64,000 bases of DNA from the NCBI GenBank assembly GCA_000092065.1, contig CP000590.1; one strand, written 5' to 3'. The stretch comes from Ostreococcus lucimarinus (lineage: Eukaryota). The translations under genes were made by a program, and so were the position numbers. The notes beneath the pieces are model-generated. The model searched no databases. It was not told the origin of the DNA and was given only the letters and a program-made list of their open reading frames with translations. This document shows positions 18,547 to 29,469 of this stretch, piece after piece (the first letter of the stretch is position 1; each line of letters begins with the position of its first letter).

Positions 18547-21500
18547 ATGCCCGTCGCGAGCGTCGCGCCGTTGCGTACGTCGTTTCGTGGCGTGAACGCG
18601 AACGGGAGCGACGCCACCGGGGAGCGTCGTCGCCTCCTCTCGTTTCGTCGCGCTCCATCGCGCGCGCGCCGCGATGAAGCGGTAAACGCTCGCGTTCGAG
18701 CGAGTGGGACGTCTGTAGAACCGAGTGTGGATGAAGACGATGAAGAAGTCGACGTCACGGTGACGTCTACGTCGGACCGGTTGGAGGCTCTTTTAAACAA
18801 AGCTTCCACGTCGCCGGTGAACGTGCATGACATAGAACAGTTTTACCCGTACGAATTAGATGGATTTCAAGTCGAAGCCACTGAATTATTGCTACGCGGG
18901 TCATCGGTCGTGGTGTCAGCGCCGACGGGGAGCGGGAAAACTTTAGTCGGTGAGACGGCGATTTTAACTGCGCTGGCGCGCGGAGAAAAGGCGATATACA
19001 CGACGCCGTTGAAGGCGTTATCGAATCAAAAGCTCAGAGAGTTTCAAAAGATTTTCGGTAAAAGACGGTGTGGGTTAAAGACTGGTGATGTGGACATCAA
19101 CGGCGATGCTGACGTCATGATTATGACGACAGAAATTTTGAGGAATATGCTCTATTCAAGCGCTGCAGGTGGCCGCGACGACGAGCGACTCGCCGACGTG
19201 AGTATCATCGTTCTCGATGAGGTGCACTATCTCGCAGATAGATCCCGAGGAACAGTGTGGGAAGAAACAATTATTTACTGTCCTTCTCGCATTCAACTTT
19301 TGTGTCTGTCCGCGACAGTCGGTAATCCAGAGGATTTGTCGGGCTGGATTGAGGAAGTTCACGGCGAATGCGAAACCGTCGTGTCAAGTTACAGACCTGT
19401 TCCCCTCACTTGGCAATACAGCATGAAGCCGTCGCGCATGTATCCAGGGTTGGGACCTTTGATGAATTTCAAATCCACGAAAATTCACCACGATCTACGA
19501 CCTTTTACGCGCGAAGGTCTTCAACAAGGATCGTACGGTAACAACGATTGGGCACCGGATGCGCAAAGAGGCGCGAAAGAGTCTGAGCGCGTTCTCAGAA
19601 GGCGCTTCGTGCCTCACGTCGAAACCACGGTACAGCAGCTCATCGCGAGCGATATGATTCCCGCCGTGTGGTTTATTTTTAGTCGTAAAGGTTGCGACCA
19701 ATCTGTCGATTATCTCGTGCAGGCCGGCGGAAATCTCGTGACGAGCAAGGAACGGCGAGAGATTGATGATGCGTTGAAAGAATTTTCGGAGAAGAACAAA
19801 TCTGCTGTGCGAGCAAGCATGGTTGAGCCTCTAAGACGTGGCATAGCGTCACATCACGCCGGGTTGCTTCCAGCGTGGAAAGGTCTAGTAGAGAAATTGT
19901 TTCAGCGAGGACTAATCAAGGTGGTTTTCGCTACGGAAACACTCGCCGCAGGAGTGAACATGCCGGCACGATGTTCCGTGTTAAGTGCGCTTTCCAAGCG
20001 AGATGATCAAGGTCCACGACTACTAACTTCCAATGAGTTCATGCAAATGGCTGGTCGAGCGGGCCGTCGTGGGTTTGACACCGTTGGCCACGTCGTGTGC
20101 TGTCAGTCACCATTTGAGGGCCCGGACGAAGCTTTCGAGCTCGTTCTTGCGCCACCTGAAAACTTGAAGTCGCAATTTTCTATTTCTTACGGTATGGTTT
20201 TGAATTTACTCCAAGGTAGAACGCTCGATCAAGTCAAGGGAATCGTGGAGAGAAGTTTTGGCAACTACCTTGGTGGTAAGGCGCGTTCGATGCGCGAGCG
20301 CGAACTTCTTCGTGTCAATGATCAGATCAGAAAACTGGTGAGCGAGATGGAGACACTCGATGATGATGAAGAAGCCGCGGAGTGGAGACGTTTCGTGAAG
20401 CTGGATGAACGGCTACATGAAGAAAAGCGCTTGCTAAAAATCTTGATTCGGCAATTAGCTGAAATGCGGGCAATTGAAACGCGGGATCAACTACAGTTCG
20501 AGCTCGAACAGACGGGTGCTCCAGTCATCGTTACGATTGATATTGGTGACAACGTTCTCAAACGGCGCAAAGAACGACGATCGGCTACGATCGCTCTATT
20601 TGAAGATGATTCTTTGAAGATGGAGGGTCAAGACTTTGCGGGCGAATGGAGATTGCAAGATATTGGTGGCGACGATGCTCCCGGTTTGGACGAGTTATTC
20701 GGCGATTCCGACGATGAAAGTCAAAACGATGATTTTTTGCAGTCTTTTGACGACGACGACGGTAAGTTCCCCAGAGGTCTCATCACCGCCGCAATCGTCG
20801 AGGCTGTTCCGGCGATGAAAATTGCGGCGACTGCGAGCACAATCGGTAAGCCATATCCGATGGGCGAATTCACCGCCCTAGGAAATGATGGTGTCTGGTA
20901 CCGTTTGTACTCCGATCGAGTAAAATCTATAAGCCTCGGCGCCGATGCGGTGCGCTTGGAAAGTTTTGGCGACATCGGCGTGCCGCCGGCTTCGAGCAGT
21001 CTTCGATGGATCCGCGCGAGCGGCGGAGGTTTGTGGAAGGCGGATGTGTCTAAAAAGACCAAGTTGGTCGCTAATGGGATACCAACTAACTTGAACGACT
21101 TTGAAATGATCGTCGAATCGTCGGATTCGATGGAATTTATCGACGCGCAGAAGTTACAGATTCAAAAGACGCGCGAGGAGATAAACGGCTTGAAAAACAT
21201 CGCCACCTTGCGCCGCGCTGCGAAGCAGCAAAAGCGGGCGGAGACGAAACTGAAAAAGCTAAAAGAAAAACGTGATGGAATTGAAAAACGTATCAAAGAG
21301 TATTCTGCCGCGGGCTGGGACGATTTCTTGAGAGTTGTCGATATTCTTGTCGAGTGCGGCGCGATCGAGAGAGACACCCTAAAATTGTTGGAGTTTGGTG
21401 AGACCTGTGCTGACTTGAGAGGGGAAAATGAATTATGGCTTGGCATGGCTATGTCTTCGCCGAGTATCGAGAATTTGGACGCCGCGACTCTTGCAGGTTT

Positions 21501-21879
21501 TGCAGGGGCGCTCTGTATGGACAACCGTCCGGCTACATGCTACTACGGCGCTTCGCAACACCTCGTCGAAGTGCTTGAAGAGCTCGAACCGGAGATGGGC
21601 GACCTTCAGTACTTGCAACAATCTTCTCGAATCGACATGCCTCTGAGCTTGAGTTTCGAGATCGCGGCGTTGGTAGAGTCATGGGCATCGGGAACGTCGT
21701 GGGACCAGATACGCCGTGATACTTCCTTAGATGAGGGAGACATCGCTAGATTGTTTCGACGAACTGCAGAACTTCTTGCGCAAATTCCGCGCACCGCACA
21801 TCTACCGGAGAGTCTCAAAGCGACTGCAAAGAAGGCGAACGATGTCGTCAATAGACCTCCGATTAGTGATCTTTCTTGA
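18547..21879 (+). CDS. ISE2: Ski2-like DExH-box RNA helicase, ISE2/DExH15-like, probably plastid-targeted, 1110 aa
   Basis: ATG at 18547. The N-terminal 60 aa are R/S/A-rich and transit-peptide-like. Helicase motif I is SAPTGSGKTLVGE, followed by DEVHYL, SAT and QMAGRAGRRG. The C-terminal extension is typical of Ski2/Mtr4-family proteins. Confidence 0.8.
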   Translation: MPVASVAPLRTSFRGVNANGSDATGERRRLLSFRRAPSRARRDEAVNARVRASGTSVEPSVDEDDEEVDVTVTSTSDRLEALLNKASTSPVNVHDIEQFYPYELDGFQVEATELLLRGSSVVVSAPTGSGKTLVGETAILTALARGEKAIYTTPLKALSNQKLREFQKIFGKRRCGLKTGDVDINGDADVMIMTTEILRNMLYSSAAGGRDDERLADVSIIVLDEVHYLADRSRGTVWEETIIYCPSRIQLLCLSATVGNPEDLSGWIEEVHGECETVVSSYRPVPLTWQYSMKPSRMYPGLGPLMNFKSTKIHHDLRPFTREGLQQGSYGNNDWAPDAQRGAKESERVLRRRFVPHVETTVQQLIASDMIPAVWFIFSRKGCDQSVDYLVQAGGNLVTSKERREIDDALKEFSEKNKSAVRASMVEPLRRGIASHHAGLLPAWKGLVEKLFQRGLIKVVFATETLAAGVNMPARCSVLSALSKRDDQGPRLLTSNEFMQMAGRAGRRGFDTVGHVVCCQSPFEGPDEAFELVLAPPENLKSQFSISYGMVLNLLQGRTLDQVKGIVERSFGNYLGGKARSMRERELLRVNDQIRKLVSEMETLDDDEEAAEWRRFVKLDERLHEEKRLLKILIRQLAEMRAIETRDQLQFELEQTGAPVIVTIDIGDNVLKRRKERRSATIALFEDDSLKMEGQDFAGEWRLQDIGGDDAPGLDELFGDSDDESQNDDFLQSFDDDDGKFPRGLITAAIVEAVPAMKIAATASTIGKPYPMGEFTALGNDGVWYRLYSDRVKSISLGADAVRLESFGDIGVPPASSSLRWIRASGGGLWKADVSKKTKLVANGIPTNLNDFEMIVESSDSMEFIDAQKLQIQKTREEINGLKNIATLRRAAKQQKRAETKLKKLKEKRDGIEKRIKEYSAAGWDDFLRVVDILVECGAIERDTLKLLEFGETCADLRGENELWLGMAMSSPSIENLDAATLAGFAGALCMDNRPATCYYGASQHLVEVLEELEPEMGDLQYLQQSSRIDMPLSLSFEIAALVESWASGTSWDQIRRDTSLDEGDIARLFRRTAELLAQIPRTAHLPESLKATAKKANDVVNRPPISDLS

Positions 21880-21941
21880 TCATTATCATTGTTTCTTAGC
21901 ACTTTTGAATCCATGACATAGTGATGTTACAACTGTTTCCT

Positions 21942-24869
21942 CTAGAAGGCTCGTCTCGAGCCTTTCGACACGCGGCGTTTGTTCTTGACAATTTGGCCAC
22001 CTTGTCCTCCAGATTTGAAATCGGCTTCTTGCTTTTCCAAGAATGATAAAATGTCTTTCTGGCGAGCCCCGCGTTCTTCCGCGGCTTGGAACTGTTCCTT
22101 CGAACGAGCATCTGCCATAAATCGATTGTCCTTGCGCAATTCGCGCATGGCGCCGCGAGTTTCTTGTTTGACTTGCTTCTTGAGCTTTCTTGCCTCGGCT
22201 CGTTCGCGATTCGGATCGTAGTCCCGACCTTTTTGATAGCCGTCTTCCTCGTACATGGGATTGAACGTTTTGATTGCCTCCGCCGTCTTGGTGTGGTACG
22301 CCAAAGGCGTTTTGACCGCGCCCACGAGAGCGTCGTCTAACTCCTTGACGAGCTCGTCGCACAACTCTGCTAAACCACCGTTCGACTTTTTCAACGATTT
22401 TCTAAGCGCCTTCACGGAATCACGAACAGGTGAGAGAATCTCAGACGCTGACGCAGTCTTTATCACTGGTTTAGATAGTTGCCTTAAGCAAGAAAGAGCA
22501 GCCCTTAGTGTTGCGGCCGATAACTTCTTCTCTTCGAGTTTTTCGGCGTAAATGCCATCCAACATTTCTGGCAACGTCATGGGTTCCATCGCAGACGTAA
22601 GCGCTGAAGATAACCAGGGTCCGCCAACTTGTTCGACTAGGTGTGTTGACAAACCCGCCGCCCAATTGGTCTTTGATCGCGATGCGCAATGAATCAAAGC
22701 ATTCATGAGAGTGAGGGCTTCAGGAAATATCCTTTCGGCGCCAGTCGAATAAACGCTTGCCATTGTAGAAAGGATGACCGCCAAAGCTGCATCTCTCACT
22801 GATCTGATCGCGCAATGCGCGAGTAAGTTTCCAATATAAAGTGTCGCCGAAGTCATAACTGGGTGTGACTTATCCGTCGTAGGAAAGATGGCGGCGAATA
22901 AAGAAAGGAGCAGAACCGTACGAGAAGGCGGCCATCCCGTCTCCCCGGCACGCAGCGCCTGACGAAGCCGAGTGCTCATCTTTTCTACGCGGGCCTTGGC
23001 TGCGGTTGCAGCGAAAAATGGAACTTGTGTACTCAAGTCTACAATGTGTTTCGATAGAACGTCCAAATGATCTACCGGCAACGGCGCTTGACCGGCTAAA
23101 ATCTCAAACCGTTGTAACAGAAGACCGAGCAAAGTCTGGATTCGCTTTCTATTCTCCGCCGCGAGCGTGGGCGCGTTGCAGGCCCGGATTCGCGTGATGA
23201 TCGTAAACGCATCTTCAGCGTTATGATCACCTAATATAGAATTAAGATCTTCGGCGCTCTCTGGCATGGGGAAAGTGAAGGGGATGTCCGTTCTCGTCGG
23301 CGTAGAAAACTTCTTCTCTTTCGCCGTGGACGCTTCCTTTTGGGAAGATTTGCGCGCTGTGTTCGACGCATCTTCTTTTTCAACGTCTTCCTCGTCTTCA
23401 ATCTCTCGCAAAACATCTGCATGTGCATCTTCTACTTCCTGAGAATCGTCGCTGCCCTCATCGTCGTCGTCTTCATCCTCATCGTCGTCGTCCTCATCGT
23501 CCTCCGAATCCTCAGCCTCGACGCCATCTTGAAGAATACCCAACTTTCGAAGTCGATTCTTACCTTGATCTAATTCTGTATCGACATTTTTTAGCTCAGA
23601 CTTGAGTGACTTGCGCAGACGCGCTGCGTCATCGAGCGCGTCGTCATCTTCTGATTCAGATTCGTCGTCCGACACATCCTCTTCGGAACCCTCGTCCTCG
23701 TTCTCTCCATCGTCATCACTTTCGAGCTGAAAATTCTCGTCCAAATCTTCACCTCCTTCATGCTGCTTGCGATTATTGCCGTGTAATGCGTCGTCTGTTT
23801 CGTCGATGTCACCCTTTTTCACCTTGCGCCTTCGAGCGGCGTATCCTCCCTGAGGGCCGTCGTCGTCGGAACTTTCATCGTCAGAGCCGACGTCGCGCAT
23901 GCGCTTCAACCTCTTGCGTTCGGCTTGCTCTAGCGCGAGCTTTGCTTGCGCCTCAACTTCTTCCTGCGTCTTTGCTCTATCACCCGCCTGACCACGTCTT
24001 TCGAACGCTAAAGTTCGGGCCCACGTGTCGTATTCATCCTTCTGCTCGGGAGCCTTGGTTTGTGCAGCCTTCGCGGCGGTCGGCTTCATGTGCCCGACAG
24101 CTTTTCTCAACGCGCTCGACAATAGTCCACCTTGACTTATCGCCTTAAAATCGGAGTCCAACTTATCCAACATATCTCCATCGTCATCTCGCTGCTTCTG
24201 CTTCTCAGCTTTGTAGAACTTACTCTTGGCTATGAGTTCCTCCATCACATCCTTTTTGCTCTTTCGGCGTTCCGGCGCATCCACATCGTGCTCCCCATCG
24301 CCTCGCTTCAAAGTTGGTTCAAATTCGCCTCCACCGAAATGGAAATTACGCGTGATTTCGTCGTCTAGATTTTCATCGTCTTCCTCGTCCCCGTGCGACG
24401 GTTTCGCGGTTAAATCTCTCTCCCCGAGCGGCTGTCCCAAATGCGTGAGCGTTTTAAAGCCGTCGTCGTCATCGTCTTCATTCAGGGCGAAGGCTTTGGA
24501 TTTCTTATACTGACGCAACCGCGCCTTGGCCAATCTTCCAATATTTTTCTCTTCGACGCTTAAGCCACTGTCGTGTTCACCGAATCGTCGGTCCAAGAAT
24601 GCGTTCGCCTTGCCGTTCGCTTCGTGTTCCACGAGCAGCGTGCGCCGACGTTTTTCAATAGCCTCCGTGCGCGCTTGCAGCACGTTACCTCGCTCGCCCT
24701 TCACCTTGCGACCGAGAATGTCGAATTTTCGTCGATGGCTGACAGTCTCGAACGCGCTCTTCACCGTCACACCGCTCGGGCTGGGACCGCTCGCGTCGCC
24801 ATCGGCGCGGAAAAACTTTCGCTTCGACCCGCTGCCGCCGGGATTGGACGGGCGCTTCTTCTTCGCCAT
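21942..24869 (-). CDS. NOP14: Nucleolar protein NOP14 (SSU processome component), about 975 aa
   Basis: The start is set at the ATG at 24867-24869 (MAKKKRPSNPGGSGSKRKFF..). It has the NOP14-type N-terminus, long acidic D/E stretches and a conserved C-terminus (..TFNPMYEEDGYQKGRDYDPNRERAEARKLKKQVKQETRGAMRELRKDNRFMA). The upstream part of the track ORF lies beyond a plausible promoter. A TTGTAA motif on the minus strand lies in the 62-bp convergent spacer. Confidence 0.8.
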   Translation of the reverse strand: MAKKKRPSNPGGSGSKRKFFRADGDASGPSPSGVTVKSAFETVSHRRKFDILGRKVKGERGNVLQARTEAIEKRRRTLLVEHEANGKANAFLDRRFGEHDSGLSVEEKNIGRLAKARLRQYKKSKAFALNEDDDDDGFKTLTHLGQPLGERDLTAKPSHGDEEDDENLDDEITRNFHFGGGEFEPTLKRGDGEHDVDAPERRKSKKDVMEELIAKSKFYKAEKQKQRDDDGDMLDKLDSDFKAISQGGLLSSALRKAVGHMKPTAAKAAQTKAPEQKDEYDTWARTLAFERRGQAGDRAKTQEEVEAQAKLALEQAERKRLKRMRDVGSDDESSDDDGPQGGYAARRRKVKKGDIDETDDALHGNNRKQHEGGEDLDENFQLESDDDGENEDEGSEEDVSDDESESEDDDALDDAARLRKSLKSELKNVDTELDQGKNRLRKLGILQDGVEAEDSEDDEDDDDEDEDDDDEGSDDSQEVEDAHADVLREIEDEEDVEKEDASNTARKSSQKEASTAKEKKFSTPTRTDIPFTFPMPESAEDLNSILGDHNAEDAFTIITRIRACNAPTLAAENRKRIQTLLGLLLQRFEILAGQAPLPVDHLDVLSKHIVDLSTQVPFFAATAAKARVEKMSTRLRQALRAGETGWPPSRTVLLLSLFAAIFPTTDKSHPVMTSATLYIGNLLAHCAIRSVRDAALAVILSTMASVYSTGAERIFPEALTLMNALIHCASRSKTNWAAGLSTHLVEQVGGPWLSSALTSAMEPMTLPEMLDGIYAEKLEEKKLSAATLRAALSCLRQLSKPVIKTASASEILSPVRDSVKALRKSLKKSNGGLAELCDELVKELDDALVGAVKTPLAYHTKTAEAIKTFNPMYEEDGYQKGRDYDPNRERAEARKLKKQVKQETRGAMRELRKDNRFMADARSKEQFQAAEERGARQKDILSFLEKQEADFKSGGQGGQIVKNKRRVSKGSRRAF

Positions 24870-25190
24870 GTCGCGAAGATGGCGACGCTCGAGAACTCCC
24901 GTCGAGTTTACGAACCAACCCTCGCGCTCGCCTCGTCGAAGTCGCCGTGTGTCGAGGCACACCAGACGAGGCACATTTCGCACCGCCGCCGGCGGCTTTC
25001 CTAAACCCCAACGCGCGCGCCCGGCGACGCCGACGGCGCTCGTTTGGTCGACACGCGCGAACTAAAAAACATCGACACACGCGAATGAATCGATACACGT
25101 TACGATCGTGGCAAATAATGATTATATTAGCACAAAAAGCAATCAATGCGTTGAAGCGAAGCATGGATATTGCCGCGCGACGACGGCAGT

Positions 25191-26875
25191 CTACGTCGCG
25201 TCGATGACTGGAACTGGACGCCACGGCACCGCAGAACCGTCCATGAGACCAACGCCGCGCGCGGAAAGTTCGTCGCGTAAGCGGTCGGACTCCGCAAAGT
25301 CTTTCGCATCGCGCGCCTTATTGCGTTCTTCTATTTTAGCTAAGAGATCGTCCTCAGTCAAGCCCGCGCGGTGCAACGCGCGCGCGCGAAGCTCCGCAAG
25401 AATGACGTTTTCTTCATCCTTGGGCATGCCAACCGCCTCCATTAAACCCTCGACAGTGCTCAACAACGACTGAAGCGCCCCAACACGACCGACTGCTTTC
25501 TTTCCAGCCTTGGTGGTCATGAAATCATTCATTGATTTGAGCGGCGCGGAGAGCGTCGCGATCACTCCGGGCGTGTTCATGTCGTCATTCAAAGCCTCGG
25601 ACACTTGCTTCTCAGCCTCACTCGCGAGCTTCAGCGCATCCGCAACGAGCGGTACCGGCTTTTTAGCTGGCTCTTCCGCCGCGGCATCGCGAAGAATTGC
25701 TCGTACATCGTGAACTGTTTGGTACAAATAGTAAACGCGATCGGAAGCCTCCTCCAGCGCGCGCTGTGTGTAGTTGATGGGCGCTCTGTAGTGCGCGCCA
25801 AGAAGCATGAAACGTAGCACGAACGGATGGTACTTGTCCAACACTTCGCGAATAGTGAAAAAGTTGCCGAGCGACTTGGACATCTTCTCAGAATCCACCT
25901 TGACGAAGCCGTTATGCACCCAGTAACGCACAAACGGATTCTCATCCGCGTGCGCTCCACAACCGCACGCCGCCGAAGACTGCGCCAGCTCGTTTTCGTG
26001 ATGCGGAAAAACTAAGTCTTGGCCTCCACCGTGGATATCAATCGTCGGTCCTAGCATTTTTTCAATCATTGCGCTGCACTCAATGTGCCAGCCCGGTCGT
26101 CCCTCGCCCCACGGACTCGTCCACGTTGGCTCACCCGGTTTTGCAGTCTTCCATAGCGCAAAGTCGGCTGGATTTTTCTTGCGCCCGTCCACGGCCACGC
26201 GCTCACCCGCGCGATTGTCTTCTTGATTTCTCCCTGACAACGCCCCGTATGCGGGCAAGGTGTCGACGGAAAAGTAGACGTCCCCTTCCGTCTCGTACGC
26301 GTTACCTTTGGCGATTAAACGCTCGATGAACGCGATGATGTCATCCACACACTCCGTCGCACGAGGCTCGAGCGTCGGACGCAGGCATCCGAGCGCCGCC
26401 ATGTCTTCGTGGAATGCCTCTATGAATTTATCCGTGAGCGCCTCGCACGTCTCCCCGCTCTCATTTGAGCGCTTGATAATCTTGTCGTCAATGTCGGTGA
26501 AATTTCGGCAATACGTCACGTCGTACCCTAAACGCATCAATTGTCGATATAATACGTCGAACGCGACGTACACGCGCGCGTGACCGATGTGTGAATAGTC
26601 GTACACCGTGACGCCGCACACGTACATTTGCACCTTTTTCCCCGCCGGGTCTCGCGGCGTAAAAATCTCCTTCTTTCGCGTCATCGTGTTCGTGAGCCAA
26701 AGCCTGGAAAGATCTCGTCCTTCGTTTGACGTCTCCACGTCCTCGCTCGCGGTGACGCTCTTCCCATACACCCCTCTCGTCGGCGCGTCGACGCGCACGA
26801 GCGGCGTCCCGTGTCTTCGTCCGGCGTTCGTCCGCGATGGCGTGGACGCGGTGACGACGAGCCCTCTTCTCGCGT

Positions 26876-26911
<36 letters not shown>

Positions 26912-27017
26912 GTATTCTCGCGCGTCCCTGCATCGTTCTGTTCGTGTTCGTCGTCGCCCGTCGCATCCCCATGCGCGTCACCAACGACGACCCTTGCTGC
27001 GAGGCGAGTCGCATCAT
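25191..27017 (-). CDS. CARS: Cysteinyl-tRNA synthetase (class I), organelle-targeted, about 608 aa
   Basis: HIGH-region motif CGVTVYDYSHIGHARVYVAFDVL and KMSKS motif KMSKSLGNFFTIREVL. The start is set at the MM at 27012-27017. Upstream of that, the ORF is the antisense shadow of the NFU gene. The N-terminal extension contains a poly-Thr run encoded by (GTC/GAC)n at 26876-26911. Confidence 0.85.
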
Positions 27018-27225
27018 CCTCGACGACGCCCCGCGACGACGCGCTCGGGACGACGACCGCGAACGGACGACCGCGGTGAGGAAATCGAGCGATCGCGTCG
27101 ACGGCGCGTCGGCGTCTGCCGCGGGGCACACGGCGGGTCCTTCACGAGGCGACGGAGACCCGGCCCCCCGCCCCGCCTCGCCCCGCACCGCACAGCGCGA
27201 CGACTGATTGCGGTGACCCACGACG

Positions 27226-27867
27226 ATGTCGCGCGCGTTCTCGTCCACGAAAGCGTCGACGAGCGTGACGAATGCGTCCCGACAACATCGACGAAGACGC
27301 GCGTCGTCGTCGTCGTCGTCGCGTCGTTCGACGCGCGCGCGCGCGTCGTCGCGACGCGCCGTCGAAGCGCGCGCCGCGTCCGAGGGCTCGCTCACGGATA
27401 CTTTGGAACTCACCGCGGATAACATCGAGAGCGTGCTGGACGAAGTGCGACCGTACTTGATCGCGGACGGTGGTGACGTCGAACTCGTCGAAATCGACGG
27501 ACTGTCGGTGAAGCTGAAGCTCAAGGGCGCGTGCGGATCGTGCCCGTCGAGCACGGTGACCATGCGCATGGGGATAGAGAAGCGCTTGTTGGAAAAGATT
27601 CCAGACATCATGGAAGTCATACAGGTGGAGGAAAAGCTCGAGGGATTGGACCTGAACGAAGAAAACGTGGAGGCAACGTTAGACGAGATCCGACCGTACC
27701 TCGCCGGCACGGGCGGGGGAGAACTCGAACTCATCGACATCGAAGAACCCATCGTCAAGGTGCGCCTGACGGGACCGGCGGCCAAGGTGATGACGGTGCG
27801 CGTCGCGGTGACGCAAAAATTACGCGAAAAAATCCCATCCATCGCCGCCGTCCAATTGACGGAATGA
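27226..27867 (+). CDS. NFU: NifU-like Fe-S cluster scaffold protein, plastid CnfU/NFU type with two tandem NifU C-terminal domains, 213 aa
   Basis: ATG at 27226 verified. The transit peptide is S/R-rich. Domain 1 carries the CxxC motif ([28 protein letters not shown]). Domain 2 is degenerate and lacks CxxC, as in plant NFU1-3. Confidence 0.8.
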   Translation: MSRAFSSTKASTSVTNASRQHRRRRASSSSSSRRSTRARASSRRAVEARAASEGSLTDTLELTADNIESVLDEVRPYLIADGGDVELVEIDGLSVKLKLKGACGSCPSSTVTMRMGIEKRLLEKIPDIMEVIQVEEKLEGLDLNEENVEATLDEIRPYLAGTGGGELELIDIEEPIVKVRLTGPAAKVMTVRVAVTQKLREKIPSIAAVQLTE

Positions 27868-28102
27868 GCGCCGATTTAATCACCTCGGAATTGATTTCAT
27901 ATTAACTTGTAACCAGCGACGACGCTCGAGACGCGCCACCAACCGCCTCACAACTCGGACGACCAAGCGCGCGAGCAGACGACGAACCGTTCGAGCTATC
28001 GAGCGGTGCGATCTGTTCGTCAACACGACCTCGCGTCTCGCCGTTCACGACGCACGAACAACGAGCGCGGAACCATAGAGGGAAGAGTCGTCTTAGGAGG
28101 CG

Positions 28103-29311
28103 ATGAATCAGCCTGATCGAGGCGGTTTAACGCGTCGAAATGTCGGTCATGGCGGTCAAGACGACGAGTATTCGACACCGAGTAAGCGTATGACGAATAT
28201 ACTCAAAGCGTTGGACGCGAATCCGAAATTAAAGGAGGATTACGTGAGCGAATCGACGTCTGGGGTGATCACTACTTTGGTGTGCGCGGCGTTGTGTTTG
28301 ATTTTGTTCTTTGGCGAATTCTTCTCGTACAAGACGACGAAAATCGTGAGCGAATTGAGAGTAAATCCGCTCGGTGTTCATCAAACGGTGCCCAACGCGG
28401 AAAGACTGAAGATTGACGTCGATATTACCTTTCACAGTCTGGCTTGCAATCTCATCACGCTCGACACCTCGGATAAAGCCGGAGAAGAGCACTACGACGT
28501 GCACGATGGTCACATCGAAAAGAGGAGGATAGACAAGCATGGGAAAGTGATTGATGCTGCGTTTACTTCAGAAAAGCCAAACAAACACAAGGAGATTGAG
28601 CAAGCGCTGCAAAAGATGAACGAGACCGACTCCGCACACGCCGCCGACTCTCATGCCATGGAGCACGTGCAGCCGTTCGGTGGTATGTTTGGTCTACAAA
28701 GTTTATTGCAAGAAGTGTTTCCAGAGGGCGTGGAGCATGCGTTTAGAAACGAGAATCAAGAAGGGTGCGAGGTGAAGGGTTACCTTGAAGTGAATCGGGT
28801 ACCGGGACGGTTTTCCATTTCGCCGGGACGTTCGCTCATGATGGGGATGCAAATGGTCAAGCTAAACGTGCAGACGGCATTAAATTTAACGCATACGATT
28901 CACAGGCTGTCATTTGGGGAAAGCTTTCCCGGTTTGGTGAGTCCACTCGACGGAACGCACCGCTCACTTCCGCCGAACGCGGTGCAGCAATATTTTCTTA
29001 ACGTTGTGTCGACGACATTCGAGCCTTTGGGAGAGAACAAAATCATCAGCACTCATCAGTATAGCGTTACTGAAACTTTCACAAGCTCACAGCGATCAAT
29101 TATGGGGACGTCCAACGGCCGTGATCCGGGCGTCATCTTTACTTACGAAATATCGCCGATTCGCGTCGACTTCAAAGAGACTCGCACGTCGTTTGGTGCA
29201 TTCGTCCTGGGTATCTGTTCCGTCATCGGAGGCGTCGTCACTATGGCGGGTATCACGCAAAATGCCGTTGAGTATATTATTTCTAATCGCAAGACCCTCT
29301 TCGCGTCATAG
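28103..29311 (+). CDS. ERGIC3: ER-Golgi intermediate compartment protein ERGIC/ERV41-46 family (ERGIC_N plus COPII-coated ERV domain), 402 aa
   Basis: ATG at 28103. It has N- and C-terminal TM segments flanking a luminal domain: LKALDANPKLKEDYVSESTSGVITTLVCAALCLILFFGEFFSY ... GAFVLGICSVIGGVVTMAG. The gene lies in the lower-GC island. Confidence 0.75.
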   Translation: MNQPDRGGLTRRNVGHGGQDDEYSTPSKRMTNILKALDANPKLKEDYVSESTSGVITTLVCAALCLILFFGEFFSYKTTKIVSELRVNPLGVHQTVPNAERLKIDVDITFHSLACNLITLDTSDKAGEEHYDVHDGHIEKRRIDKHGKVIDAAFTSEKPNKHKEIEQALQKMNETDSAHAADSHAMEHVQPFGGMFGLQSLLQEVFPEGVEHAFRNENQEGCEVKGYLEVNRVPGRFSISPGRSLMMGMQMVKLNVQTALNLTHTIHRLSFGESFPGLVSPLDGTHRSLPPNAVQQYFLNVVSTTFEPLGENKIISTHQYSVTETFTSSQRSIMGTSNGRDPGVIFTYEISPIRVDFKETRTSFGAFVLGICSVIGGVVTMAGITQNAVEYIISNRKTLFAS

Positions 29312-29469
29312 ACATTAGCAGTTGTAGCGTCCTAGTGTACATCGAGTCACATCAAACCATGAGTTACGTCCTGTAGTCCTCGCGCTCTTCCTCACACTTC
29401 GCCGCAACTACAGATGACCAAAATAAGTATTAGCAATCTTGAATACCTCGTGCGCGCCTTCCTCGGGTG